Assembly: GCA_018657525.1 (NCBI GenBank)
Contig: JABHWZ010000009.1
Span: 2,855 to 66,854, forward strand
Reading direction: 5' to 3'
From: an archaeon
GTDB taxonomy: Archaea > Nanobdellota > Nanobdellia > Pacearchaeales > GW2011-AR1
DNA: 64,000 nucleotides
In this document: piece by piece, positions 54,849 to 63,972 of the stretch
How positions within the stretch are numbered: the stretch's first letter is position 1
Layout: every line of letters starts with the position of its first letter
The notes under the pieces: model-generated
Told to the model about the DNA's origin: nothing
The model's input: only the letters and a program-made list of their open reading frames with translations
Databases searched by the model: none
Position numbers and translations under genes: made by a program

Positions 54849-56255
54849 ATGTTAAGAGATTATGATTTGGGAGAAGTGGACGAATCTTTAATTGGGAAGA
54901 AAGTTCGACTTGTTGGTTGGGCTGACACTATTCGTGAACATGGAAATGTTACTTTTATTGATTTGAGGGATAGGTACGGTAAAGTTCAGTGTGTGATAAT
55001 TAAGAAAAATTCTGATTTTGAGGAAGCTAAAAAATTGACGACTGAGTCTTGCGTTCAGATTGAAGGGCAGGTTAATGAAAGGCCGAAGGGGACAGAAAAT
55101 AAAGAGTTGGGTTCTGGGAAAGTGGAAATTTTTATTGATAAGCTGGAGATTTTGAGTTTAGCTGAGCCGCTTCCTTTTGAATTGGGGAAGGATGATGTTA
55201 ATGAGGATTTGAGATTAAGATACAGGTATTTGGATTTGCGAAGACCTGCAATGGTTAAAAATTTGGAGCTGAGACATAAGATGATTAATTTTATTAGAAA
55301 TTATCTTGATGAGAAAAAGTTTTTGGAAGTAACAACTCCAATGTTGACTAAGTCTACACCAGAGGGGGCTAGAGATTTTATTGTTCCTTCAAGACTTCAT
55401 CCTGGAAAGTTTTATGCTTTGCCTCAAAGTCCGCAACAATATAAACAATTATTAATGGTGGCTGGAATTGATAAATATTTTCAAATTGCTCCGTGTTTTA
55501 GGGATGAAGATGCTAGGGCAGATAGAAGTCCCGGAGAATTTTATCAGTTGGATATGGAAATGAGTTTTGTTGATCAAAAAGATATTTTAGATTTGGTGGA
55601 AGAAATGATGTTGAAGCTTGTTAAAGAATTATTGCCAGATAAAAAGTTGACCTTTGATAAGTTTCCTAGATTAAGTTATGATGAAGTTATGAAAAAGTAT
55701 GGAACTGATAAACCTGATTTGAGAAAAAATAAAGAAGATCCGAATGAATTAGCTTTTGCGTGGATTGTTGATTTTCCGCTTTTTGAAGAAGAGAAAACTG
55801 AGGGAAATTATGCTCCGATGCATCATATGTTTACTCAGCCTAAAGCAGATGATTTAAGATTCTTAAATAAAAAAAATGCACATAAAGTTAAATCTTATCA
55901 GCATGATTTGGTGTTGAATGGGTTTGAGGTTGGGGGGGGTTCAGTGAGGATACATGATGCAGAAATTCAAAAGAAAATTTTTGATTTAATTGGTTTTTCC
56001 GACGAGCAGAAAAAATATTTTGAGCATATGTTGACTGCGTTTAAATATGGGGTTCCGCCACACGGAGGAATTGCTCCTGGCATTGATAGGTTGATTATGG
56101 TTTTATTAGGACAGCCTAGCTTGAGAGAGGTTATTGCATTTCCAAAGAATAAAGAAGCAAAGGATGTTTTGATGGACGCGCCTTCTTTTGTGGATAAGAA
56201 ACAGTTGAAAGATGTTTCTATAAAATCAGATTTGCCTAAAAAAGAGAAGAGGTAG
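54849..56255 (+). CDS. aspS: aspartyl-tRNA synthetase, bacterial-like motifs but without a GAD insertion
   Basis: OB-fold N-terminus, FRDEDARADRSPGEFYQLDMEMSF, GGGSVRIH, PPHGGIAPGIDRL. Confidence 0.85.
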   Translation: MLRDYDLGEVDESLIGKKVRLVGWADTIREHGNVTFIDLRDRYGKVQCVIIKKNSDFEEAKKLTTESCVQIEGQVNERPKGTENKELGSGKVEIFIDKLEILSLAEPLPFELGKDDVNEDLRLRYRYLDLRRPAMVKNLELRHKMINFIRNYLDEKKFLEVTTPMLTKSTPEGARDFIVPSRLHPGKFYALPQSPQQYKQLLMVAGIDKYFQIAPCFRDEDARADRSPGEFYQLDMEMSFVDQKDILDLVEEMMLKLVKELLPDKKLTFDKFPRLSYDEVMKKYGTDKPDLRKNKEDPNELAFAWIVDFPLFEEEKTEGNYAPMHHMFTQPKADDLRFLNKKNAHKVKSYQHDLVLNGFEVGGGSVRIHDAEIQKKIFDLIGFSDEQKKYFEHMLTAFKYGVPPHGGIAPGIDRLIMVLLGQPSLREVIAFPKNKEAKDVLMDAPSFVDKKQLKDVSIKSDLPKKEKR

Positions 56256-56257
56256 AA

Positions 56258-56995
56258 TTAGTTTATGTGAAGTATTGTTTTTGGGAGGTATAATTTAGCT
56301 TCACGAGCAGGATCAGAATAATCCTCACCTAATTCTTGTAACTGAGCTGAATTACAAACAATCGAATAAGGATTATTGAAACATCCTTTTTGTAAACAGT
56401 AAGCTAGGTCGATTAATTCATCTTTAGTGTTTTCGGGAGAACAACTAAAACAAATAAATGGATGGAACCTGAGTTTTGCAGTTTCCATTAATCCCTGAAG
56501 AACTCCTCCAATATTTAATGAAGGTGTTCCGATTGAAGTTTCTTTGTAGTTTAGGTGTTTTCCATTATGGCCGAATCTTTCTTTAAAATATGCATCCCCT
56601 TCTTTCTGAGTCATGTATATTTTTCTTGGATCCTCTTGATGAGCTTGAATCATTTTTTGTAATTTTGAATTATTTGCAATTTGAGTGTTTTTACTTAGAG
56701 TTTCCAAAACATGTGCAATTGTTTCTTTAGCGTTAGCTTCATAATCTGAAGTGCAGTTAACCCCAATGTAAGGAAAGGGGGAATCGAATGTAATTTCCTC
56801 TAATTTTTCTAAAGTTTTTCCTATTTCTGTCCATTTTTTTGGATTATCACAAACTAATAAAAATCCTCTTGTTTCTGTTAAAAGTGATCTCCCTGATTCA
56901 GAAAAACTTATTAAGGTTTTTGCTGCTTGAGTGTAATCTCGAATAGAAAAATTTTGCTGTTTGTAAGTTTGTGTTCCGATTGTTAATTCTTTCAT
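56258..56995 (-). CDS. hypothetical protein
   Basis: 245-aa ORF, no recognised motif. Confidence 0.5.
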   Translation of the reverse strand: MKELTIGTQTYKQQNFSIRDYTQAAKTLISFSESGRSLLTETRGFLLVCDNPKKWTEIGKTLEKLEEITFDSPFPYIGVNCTSDYEANAKETIAHVLETLSKNTQIANNSKLQKMIQAHQEDPRKIYMTQKEGDAYFKERFGHNGKHLNYKETSIGTPSLNIGGVLQGLMETAKLRFHPFICFSCSPENTKDELIDLAYCLQKGCFNNPYSIVCNSAQLQELGEDYSDPAREAKLYLPKTILHIN

Positions 56996-57130
56996 AAAAT
57001 TAGTCGAGTAATTTTGTTTTTAAATCTTCCCTCTATCTTTTTCTGTTAGATAAAAATTTTTAAAAGAGAAGAAGAAATAATTTATTTAGTTTTTGAAAGA
57101 TTTTATAAATAAGTTTAGATTTGTGTTTTT

Positions 57131-57913
57131 ATGAGAATTGCAGTTATGGGGGATCCGCATGGAGTAAAAGTTCCTAAATCAAAAATTGGAAAAGTTGATG
57201 CGGTTTTGATTACGGGAGATATTGGGAAAGCCGATTTAGCTAGAGCGAATTTTTTTAAAAAAATAAAAAATTCTGATTATGAACCTTCTAAAAAAGAAGA
57301 GAGAGATGCCTTTATGGAAGTTCATAATTCTTCAATGGATGTTTTGAAACATTATTCAGATATTGCTCCTGTTTATTTTGTATTTGGAAATGTTGAACAG
57401 CATGATTTTGAGGTTCGAAAATTAGCTCAAAGGATTGGATACAAACTTCCATTGTTTGTTGAAAAAGTTAAAAAGATGAACAGTGTGGGGATAATCAATA
57501 ACAGATTTGTAAATCTTGGAGGATTTAGAGTTGGAGGATTAGAATATTTTGTTGATACTTCTTGGGTAAGGGAATTTAAACCAGATGATTATTCTAAAAA
57601 GTTGAAGAAAGCGCGAAGGGAATCAGAGAAGGTCAAGAAAGTTTTGAATTGGTTTGGCAATAGAATTGATGTTTTGTTATGTCATCAACCTCCTTATGGG
57701 GTTTTGGATAAAGTTAATTTTCCGGGAGTTCCAGATAATTGGAAAGGAAAACATGCGGGAAGTAAAGTTATTTTAGATTATCTTAAAAAATATCAACTGA
57801 AATATGTTTGTTGTGGGCATATCCATGAGGGAGAAGGTAAAGCAAGAGTTGGTAAAACTGAGGTTTATAATTTAGGTTCTAGTGGTAATTTTAGAATTTT
57901 AGATATCAAATAA
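57131..57913 (+). CDS. calcineurin-like metallophosphoesterase
   Basis: VMGDPHG, TGDIG, GNVEQHD, CGHIHEG. Confidence 0.8.
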   Translation: MRIAVMGDPHGVKVPKSKIGKVDAVLITGDIGKADLARANFFKKIKNSDYEPSKKEERDAFMEVHNSSMDVLKHYSDIAPVYFVFGNVEQHDFEVRKLAQRIGYKLPLFVEKVKKMNSVGIINNRFVNLGGFRVGGLEYFVDTSWVREFKPDDYSKKLKKARRESEKVKKVLNWFGNRIDVLLCHQPPYGVLDKVNFPGVPDNWKGKHAGSKVILDYLKKYQLKYVCCGHIHEGEGKARVGKTEVYNLGSSGNFRILDIK

Positions 57914-57942
57914 CTTATAAATCCTGTTTCTTTAATTTTTTT

Positions 57943-58239
57943 ATGAGTGAATTTTTATGGCATAAGGTTTCTGAAAAAGAGAAAGAAGAAATTTCTAAAA
58001 AAGCAAAGTTAATAATGGATAATTTTTCTAAAAAGTTAGATTTTGTAAAAGAGAGTATGTCTGAGAATTTTATTGAGGGGGCACTGCTCAGTGTACCTTT
58101 AGTTGCGGAATGCCATGGTAAAATTTTTGAGAGGGAGGAAGGTAATTGTGAAGGGTTGGATATAAATAGAAAAGTTATGTTTGAGAATGCTCCTCAAAAA
58201 AATGATTCTTTTATAATTGCGGAGAAAAAGAAATGGTAG
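57943..58239 (+). CDS. gatC: GatC-like amidotransferase subunit C carrying an 18-aa in-frame insertion
   Basis: C-terminus REEG....R..MFENAPQKNDSFII resembles GatC (REDE...NAP...G.F.VP); gatA lies two genes downstream. Confidence 0.5.
   Translation: MSEFLWHKVSEKEKEEISKKAKLIMDNFSKKLDFVKESMSENFIEGALLSVPLVAECHGKIFEREEGNCEGLDINRKVMFENAPQKNDSFIIAEKKKW
58082..58118. repeat. family E mini-element, copy 2, inside the gatC-like CDS
   Basis: cactgctcagtgtacctttagttgcggaatgccatgg; the first 17 nt are identical to 6937-6953. Confidence 0.8.
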
Positions 58240-58248
58240 GCAGATTAA

Positions 58249-58590
58249 ATGTTTGAAACAATTGAAGCAATGAGGATTGCAATTACACAATTTTTGAGTG
58301 TAACTTTAGTTAATAATTCCTTTCTTTTTTTGAATCTTTGGTCGTTTGTTCATTTTATTAGTGGAGGAATTATTATGGTTTTATTATTGAAATATCCATT
58401 TTTTAGAAAACGTAATTCTCTTTTTGTTTTATTAATTTTACTTGGATTGTGGGAAATTGTGGAGTACCCTCTTTATACTTTTAAGTTGGGTTTTGCTATA
58501 GAAAATAGAATTGATATTGCGTGGGATTTAGTTCTTGGGATGTTTGGGGGAATTATAACTCATAATTATTTTAATGGGGGAAAGAAATGA
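58249..58590 (+). CDS. small membrane protein
   Basis: Three or four TMs; WEIVEY...DL..GMFGG echoes the motif in 45581-46228. Confidence 0.5.
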   Translation: MFETIEAMRIAITQFLSVTLVNNSFLFLNLWSFVHFISGGIIMVLLLKYPFFRKRNSLFVLLILLGLWEIVEYPLYTFKLGFAIENRIDIAWDLVLGMFGGIITHNYFNGGKK

Positions 58591-59876
58591 AAAAAACAAT
58601 TGAACAAATAAAAAAAGAAAATAAAAAGATTAATGCGATTTTGGAATTTAATTCAGATTTTAAAAAAAATAAATTGGGGCGTAAAGGAAAACTTGTTGGG
58701 AAGGTGATTGGAGTTAAGGCTAATATTTGTGTGGAGGGATTGCATGCGTCGTGTGCTTCGAAAGTTTTAGAAAATTATAGGGCACCTTATGATGCAGATG
58801 TTATTTCAAAAGTGAAAAAAGAAGGGGGGGTTATTTTAGGAATGTGTAATATGGATGAATTTGCCTCTGGAAATTCAGGAGAGACTTCTGCTTTTGGTCC
58901 AACTCAAAATCCCACTATTGCGGGATATATCCCGGGAGGTTCTAGTTCTGGTCCAGCTGCCTGTGTTGCTGCTGAGTTTTGCGATTTAGCGGTGGGTTCG
59001 GATACTGGGGGTTCAATTAGAAATCCAGCTTCATTTTGCGGGATGGTTGGTTTAAAACCTAGTTATGGTGCGGTTTCAAGATACGGATTAATTGATTTAG
59101 CTATGAGCGCAGATACAATTGGCCCAATAGCAAAAACTGTGGAAGATTGTGCTTTACTATATTCTGTTATTTATGGACGAGATGAAAAAGATGCAATTTC
59201 TCAAAAAACTCAGTTTAATTTAGACAAGATTAAAAAAGTTCCTAAAAAAATAGTTGTGGGAATTTTAGATTTGTCTGAATTAAAAGTGGATAAAAAAATT
59301 GTTGAATTAGTTGAGAATAAAATTAAGAAAAGTTGCGAGGAGTATAGATGGGAAATTAAGAAAATGAAAATTCCTCATTTGGACTTGGCAGTTGAAACTT
59401 ATTATCCAATTGTTTATGTTGAAGCATTTTCTGGGACTTGTAAATTAGATGGTAGAAGATTTGGAAAAAAAGTGGAGGATGCTGCTGGTCCTGAATTTTT
59501 GAGAAGAGTGCTGGGAGGGAAAGAGATAACAAAAGCAGAGCATTCCGGAAGATATTATAACAAAGCGATGCAAGTAAAGAACTTTATTGAAAAAGAATTT
59601 GAGAAAGTTTTCGAAAAGTTTGATTGTGTGGTTTGTCCAACTGTGCCTCGTTTGCCTTGGAAAATTGGCGAGAATATTTCTATTGAAGAAAATTATGCGG
59701 CAGATGCTTTGACCATTCCTTCAAGTTTGGCTGGAAACTGTGCTATTTCAATTCCTTCAGGGGAAATTAATAAAATTCCAGTAGGGATGCAAATTATTTG
59801 TGATAAATTTCAAGAAGAAAAATTGTTACAGATTGCTAATGCGGTTGAGAAAACAAAATGCAAAAATTTAAAGTAG
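58587..59876 (+). CDS. gatA: Asp/Glu-tRNA amidotransferase subunit A (amidase signature)
   Basis: GGSSSGPAACVAA...GSDTGGSIRNPASFCG..GLKPSYG. Confidence 0.85.
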   Translation: MKKTIEQIKKENKKINAILEFNSDFKKNKLGRKGKLVGKVIGVKANICVEGLHASCASKVLENYRAPYDADVISKVKKEGGVILGMCNMDEFASGNSGETSAFGPTQNPTIAGYIPGGSSSGPAACVAAEFCDLAVGSDTGGSIRNPASFCGMVGLKPSYGAVSRYGLIDLAMSADTIGPIAKTVEDCALLYSVIYGRDEKDAISQKTQFNLDKIKKVPKKIVVGILDLSELKVDKKIVELVENKIKKSCEEYRWEIKKMKIPHLDLAVETYYPIVYVEAFSGTCKLDGRRFGKKVEDAAGPEFLRRVLGGKEITKAEHSGRYYNKAMQVKNFIEKEFEKVFEKFDCVVCPTVPRLPWKIGENISIEENYAADALTIPSSLAGNCAISIPSGEINKIPVGMQIICDKFQEEKLLQIANAVEKTKCKNLK

Positions 59877-59924
59877 AGTAATAATCACAATAGTTTTTAT
59901 AAAATACTTTGATTTTATTTTTCC

Positions 59925-60413
59925 ATGAAATATGATAAAAATCAAGTTCATTATGTGACAGCTACGGCAATTTTGGTTAAAGATGGAAAGTTTTTAATTG
60001 TTAAGAGGGCAGATTGGGAAAAGGCGTTTCCTGGGAAGTGGACTGTGCCTGGAGGAAAGTTGGAGGTTTTAGATTATGCCTTAAGAAATAAAGACACTTC
60101 TGCTCATTGGTATAATGTTGTTGAAGACTTGGTTAAAAAAGAGGTCGAAGAAGAAGTGGGATTGGGAATAAAAAATTTGGGTTATGTAACAAGTTTAGTT
60201 TATGTGCGGAGTGATAATATTCCTTCTTTAATTGTTAGTTTATGGGGAGAGCCAGTAGGAGATGAAATTAAACTCTGTTCTGCTTTGACAGAATTTAAAT
60301 GGGTTAGCTTAGAAGATGCAAAAGAATGTGATTTAATCGAAGGTATTTATGAAGAATTGGAAATTTTAGAGAAGAAATTGAAGACTGGTAATATGGGCAG
60401 ATGGGGTAATTGA
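59925..60413 (+). CDS. NUDIX hydrolase
   Basis: GKWTVPGGKLEV...EVEEEVGL Nudix box. Confidence 0.8.
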   Translation: MKYDKNQVHYVTATAILVKDGKFLIVKRADWEKAFPGKWTVPGGKLEVLDYALRNKDTSAHWYNVVEDLVKKEVEEEVGLGIKNLGYVTSLVYVRSDNIPSLIVSLWGEPVGDEIKLCSALTEFKWVSLEDAKECDLIEGIYEELEILEKKLKTGNMGRWGN

Positions 60414-60451
60414 GACAATAGTTTTAAAAATAAATTCTTTATTGAGTTATT

Positions 60452-61126
60452 ATGGAAGTTAATGGAATTGATATTAAGTGGTTGGGAAATGCGGGAATTT
60501 TAATTAAAAATTTAAATGGAGGGAAGGTAATTTATATTGATCCCTATAATCTTAGAGAGGATTTAGAGAAAGCAGATTTGATTTTTTTGACACATAGCCA
60601 CTATGATCATTGTAGTGTTGCAGATATTTCTAAAATTATTAAATCTGGAACTAAAATTATTATGCCTGCAGATTGCCAGAGTAAAATTTTGAGATTTGAG
60701 ATTCCGATTAAATATCAGATTGTGAGTCCGGGTTTTGAATTAAGTTTGGGAGAGATTAAAGTTAGTTGTTTTCCTGCTTATAATCTTGATAAAAATTTTC
60801 ATCCTAAGAATGAGGAGTGGGTGGGATATCTAATTAAAATTGGAGATGTTTTGATTTATCATTCAGGGGATACTGATAAAATTCCTGAGATGCAACGATT
60901 GACAGGACATAAGCAATCTGGGAGAAAGTTGGTGGCAATACTATCAGTAGGAGGGAGATTTACGATGAATGCTGAAGAAGCAGCTGAAGCAGCTAAATTG
61001 ATTAAACCAGATATTGCAATCCCAATTCATTATGGAAGTGTTTCTGGAACTTTGGAAGACGCTGAAGAATTTAAAGAACTTTGTGAATTAGAAAATGTTA
61101 AAGTTAAAATTTTAGAGAAAGAGTAA
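60452..61126 (+). CDS. metallo-beta-lactamase-fold hydrolase (UPF0173-like)
   Basis: IKWLGNAGILIK, LTHSHYDH, YHSGDT, IPIHYG. Confidence 0.75.
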   Translation: MEVNGIDIKWLGNAGILIKNLNGGKVIYIDPYNLREDLEKADLIFLTHSHYDHCSVADISKIIKSGTKIIMPADCQSKILRFEIPIKYQIVSPGFELSLGEIKVSCFPAYNLDKNFHPKNEEWVGYLIKIGDVLIYHSGDTDKIPEMQRLTGHKQSGRKLVAILSVGGRFTMNAEEAAEAAKLIKPDIAIPIHYGSVSGTLEDAEEFKELCELENVKVKILEKE

Positions 61127-61324
61127 TTTTGTTTCTTTTTATATTTAGGTCACGTTAAATCTATTCTCATGTAGTCTGACTACACTTCGAATAAATTTGC
61201 CTAACCTAAATATAAAAATAATTCAAAATTAAAATTAAAAAGAAAATTGAAGATGAAAAATGAGAATATTATTTTAGGAGATATTTTTGTAGGAGGAGAT
61301 TTTAAAATTTTAAAGAAAGAGTAA
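61127..61324. repeat. ~180-nt insert with 11-bp terminal inverted repeat (tatatttaggt / acctaaatata), followed by a 21-nt copy of the hydrolase gene's 3' end (61304-61324)
   Basis: aaaattttagagaaagagtaa at 61106-61126 versus aaaattttaaagaaagagtaa at 61304-61324 (20/21). Confidence 0.75.
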
Positions 61325-61354
61325 ATTTATAAAGTTGAATTTTTTTAATAGATT

Positions 61355-61567
61355 ATGGTAAAGAAAAAAAAGAGTAGTGAACAAGTTTGTAAGAAGATGG
61401 ATAATTGTTCTGGACCTGGCGCAATTTACGGGCTTGGTCTTATTGGTTCAATTGTTTATTACATATCGACTGCAACTGGATTTTGGGTAGGAGTTTTAGG
61501 AGTTTTGAAATCTCTAGTGTGGCCTGCATTTGTTGTTTATGAATTAATGCAATCTTTAGGAATGTAA
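61355..61567 (+). CDS. small membrane protein
   Basis: Two TMs (GAIYGLGLIGSIVYYIS, VGVLGVLKSLVWPAFVVY). Confidence 0.5.
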   Translation: MVKKKKSSEQVCKKMDNCSGPGAIYGLGLIGSIVYYISTATGFWVGVLGVLKSLVWPAFVVYELMQSLGM

Positions 61568-61570
61568 AAT

Positions 61571-61685
61571 GGGGTTCTTTTTTCAAAAAAAGAACCTACA
61601 GTGGTAGAAAAAAATATGTTGACAAATCTTATTCAAGATTTGTGAGTGAGAATTTTCTTCTTTTTGCCTCCTAAGGAAAATTCCC
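61571..61685. repeat. family C structured element, copy 3
   Basis: ggggttcttttttcaaaaaaagaacctacagtggtag...aaatcttattcaagattt...gaattttc...gaaaattccc. Confidence 0.85.
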
Positions 61686-61874
61686 GGCCCTCCCCCTCTT
61701 TTTTCAAAAAGAAAATCTACAGGGGTAGAAAAAAATATGTTGACAAATCTTATTCAAGATTTGTGAGTGAGAATTTTCTTCTCTGCTCAAGCTCACACTC
61801 GCTTTTTGTGACGTTCGCTTTGCTCACAAATTTTTGCGAGGGTAAACTTTCGGCCTCCCATGGAAAATTCCCCC
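61686..61874. repeat. family C structured element, copy 4, tandem to copy 3, with a 71-nt nested insertion (61783-61853)
   Basis: Same hairpin series; the last stem is interrupted by ctgctcaagctcacactcgc...gggtaaactttcgg. Confidence 0.8.
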
Positions 61875-61909
61875 GATAGATTTATATTTGTTAGTTTTTA
61901 ATTAATTTT

Positions 61910-62551
61910 ATGAAAGATAATTTTAATCAGCGTAAGCAGGATATTTTGAATAAGAAAGATAAATCTTCTATTGGAGAATGGGATGAGCATATTGAAGGGC
62001 TTTGTGATAAAATAAATTCTTTGGAAAATTATTACACGACTTCGTCGTGTTCAGGGAGAATTATTGTTCTGAAAGATGTTGCAAAAAAAGGTCCTGGACT
62101 TTTTGAATTTGTGAGTCATGATTCGGTTGATGAGAAAAGATTTTTTGAGTTTTTGAAAGAATTTTCTTCATGCCCTCCTGCAGACCATCCAGGGACTCGC
62201 TCACAAGTTCGCTCGCAAAATTTAATTGATTCAGAAAATTTTATACAAAATTCAAATTTGAAGTTTAAATCAGAACCACTCATTCTCCATATTGCGTGTA
62301 GGGATTTGGATTCTGCGAAAATTTTGTTAGATAAAATAAGGGATGCTGGTTTTAAGAGAGCTGGGATTATTTCGTTAGGAAAAAATATTATTATTGAAAT
62401 TATTGGAACTGAAAAAATGGAGTTTCCTTTAGTTAAGGATGGAAAATTATTAGTTAATTGGGATTTTTTGAAAATTGTTTTGGAAAGGGCGAATAGTAAT
62501 TTGGAGCGAGGTTGGGAAAAGATTAAGAAGTTGAGAAAATTATTTGATTAA
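61910..62551 (+). CDS. taw3: tRNA wybutosine-synthesizing protein 3 homolog (Taw3/TYW3)
   Basis: YYTTSSCSGRIIVL motif and FKSEPLILHIACRDLDSAKILL. Confidence 0.7.
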   Translation: MKDNFNQRKQDILNKKDKSSIGEWDEHIEGLCDKINSLENYYTTSSCSGRIIVLKDVAKKGPGLFEFVSHDSVDEKRFFEFLKEFSSCPPADHPGTRSQVRSQNLIDSENFIQNSNLKFKSEPLILHIACRDLDSAKILLDKIRDAGFKRAGIISLGKNIIIEIIGTEKMEFPLVKDGKLLVNWDFLKIVLERANSNLERGWEKIKKLRKLFD

Positions 62552-62581
62552 ATTTATAAAGAGGGTTTGATTAAAAAAGAT

Positions 62582-62758
62582 ATGTCAAGTTTAGCTGAAA
62601 GGTCGTTGAGAATATTGAAAGATAGAATAGCAAGAGATCCAGTTGAATATAAGAAATCGCGGAAATTTTTATTGGAACGTCAAAATGAAGAATATCCTAT
62701 GAATCCTGCTCCTGAGGAGTATGAGTTAGCTAGAGAAATAAGACAAAAGAGAAAGTGA
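62582..62758 (+). CDS. hypothetical small protein
   Basis: ORF only. Confidence 0.35.
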   Translation: MSSLAERSLRILKDRIARDPVEYKKSRKFLLERQNEEYPMNPAPEEYELAREIRQKRK

Positions 62759-62895
62759 GTATTTATTCTGTTGTTTCAATCTATTCTTTTTAGTTACATA
62801 ATCTATATAAATAAAATTAGCGTCGATTTTTTCATAGGGTCTCTGACTTAGTCAGAAGTTTATAGAATTTAAAAGGAGGTCAATTTAAAAAAGAA

Positions 62896-63972
62896 ATGGT
62901 ATTAGATTTTGCAAAAGAAGCTATTGATAACGCTGATAGTCATAGCATTAATTTTGATGAGTTAAGAGCTGGGAAAGCAAACATTAAAGTTATTGGTTGT
63001 GGTGGAATGGGCGGAAATGCTGTTACATGGTTATTTAACAAAGGTATTAACGGTGCGACAATTTATTCTGCTAATACAGATGCTTTGCATCTTAGTGTTA
63101 CAAAAGCTGATGAGAAAATTCTTGCTGGAAAAGAATTAACAAGAGGTCTTGGTTGTGGTGCAGTTCCTGCAAAAGGTAGGGAAGCCGCTAAAGAATCTAT
63201 TGTTGAATTTAAGAAAGCAGTTTCAGGCGCAGATATGGTTTTTATCATTGCTGGAATGGGCGGAGGCTCAGGAACAGGAATGGCACCAGTTGTTGCTCAA
63301 TTAGCTAAGGAAGTTGGAGCGATTGTTATTGGTGTGGTTACGATGCCTTTTGAATCTGAGAAAGCAAGAATAGACAAAGCTGAATTTGGTTTACAAGAAC
63401 TTCGAGAAGTTACTGATACTTGTATAGTGTTGGACAATAATCGACTTGTAGATATAGCTGGACAATTACCTATCGAACAAGCTTTTGCCGTCGCTAATGA
63501 ACTAATTTCTACTATGATTAAAGGTATTGTTGAGACAATTACTCTTCCAAGTTTAATTAATTTGGATTACGCAGATGTTTCAGCTATTATGAAAAATGGT
63601 GGAGTTGCGGTTATTGGTATTGGTGAAGCAGATACTCAGGATAAAGTTACTGAAGCAGTGAAACAAGCCCTAATAAATCCTCTACTTGATGTGGATTACC
63701 AAGGTGCTACTGGTGCATTGATTCATGTGACGTGCGGTCCTGATTTGAAATTAGAAGAGTTTGATGTAATTGGTAGAACTGTATCTGAAAGTTTAAGTCC
63801 TGATGCGCAAGTTATTATCGGAGCTAGAATTAGTAAAGAATTTACTGGTAAAGTTCGAGTGATAACTATTATGACTGGTGTTCAATCGCCATATGTATTA
63901 GGAAGAGCTGACGATCTAAATTCAACCCCACAAAGAGAAATGTCTGACTTAGGCATTGAGATGTGGAAATAA
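62896..63972 (+). CDS. ftsZ: cell division GTPase FtsZ
   Basis: GCGGMGGNAV, GMGGGSGTGMAPVVA (tubulin signature), ggaggt RBS. Confidence 0.9.
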   Translation: MVLDFAKEAIDNADSHSINFDELRAGKANIKVIGCGGMGGNAVTWLFNKGINGATIYSANTDALHLSVTKADEKILAGKELTRGLGCGAVPAKGREAAKESIVEFKKAVSGADMVFIIAGMGGGSGTGMAPVVAQLAKEVGAIVIGVVTMPFESEKARIDKAEFGLQELREVTDTCIVLDNNRLVDIAGQLPIEQAFAVANELISTMIKGIVETITLPSLINLDYADVSAIMKNGGVAVIGIGEADTQDKVTEAVKQALINPLLDVDYQGATGALIHVTCGPDLKLEEFDVIGRTVSESLSPDAQVIIGARISKEFTGKVRVITIMTGVQSPYVLGRADDLNSTPQREMSDLGIEMWK

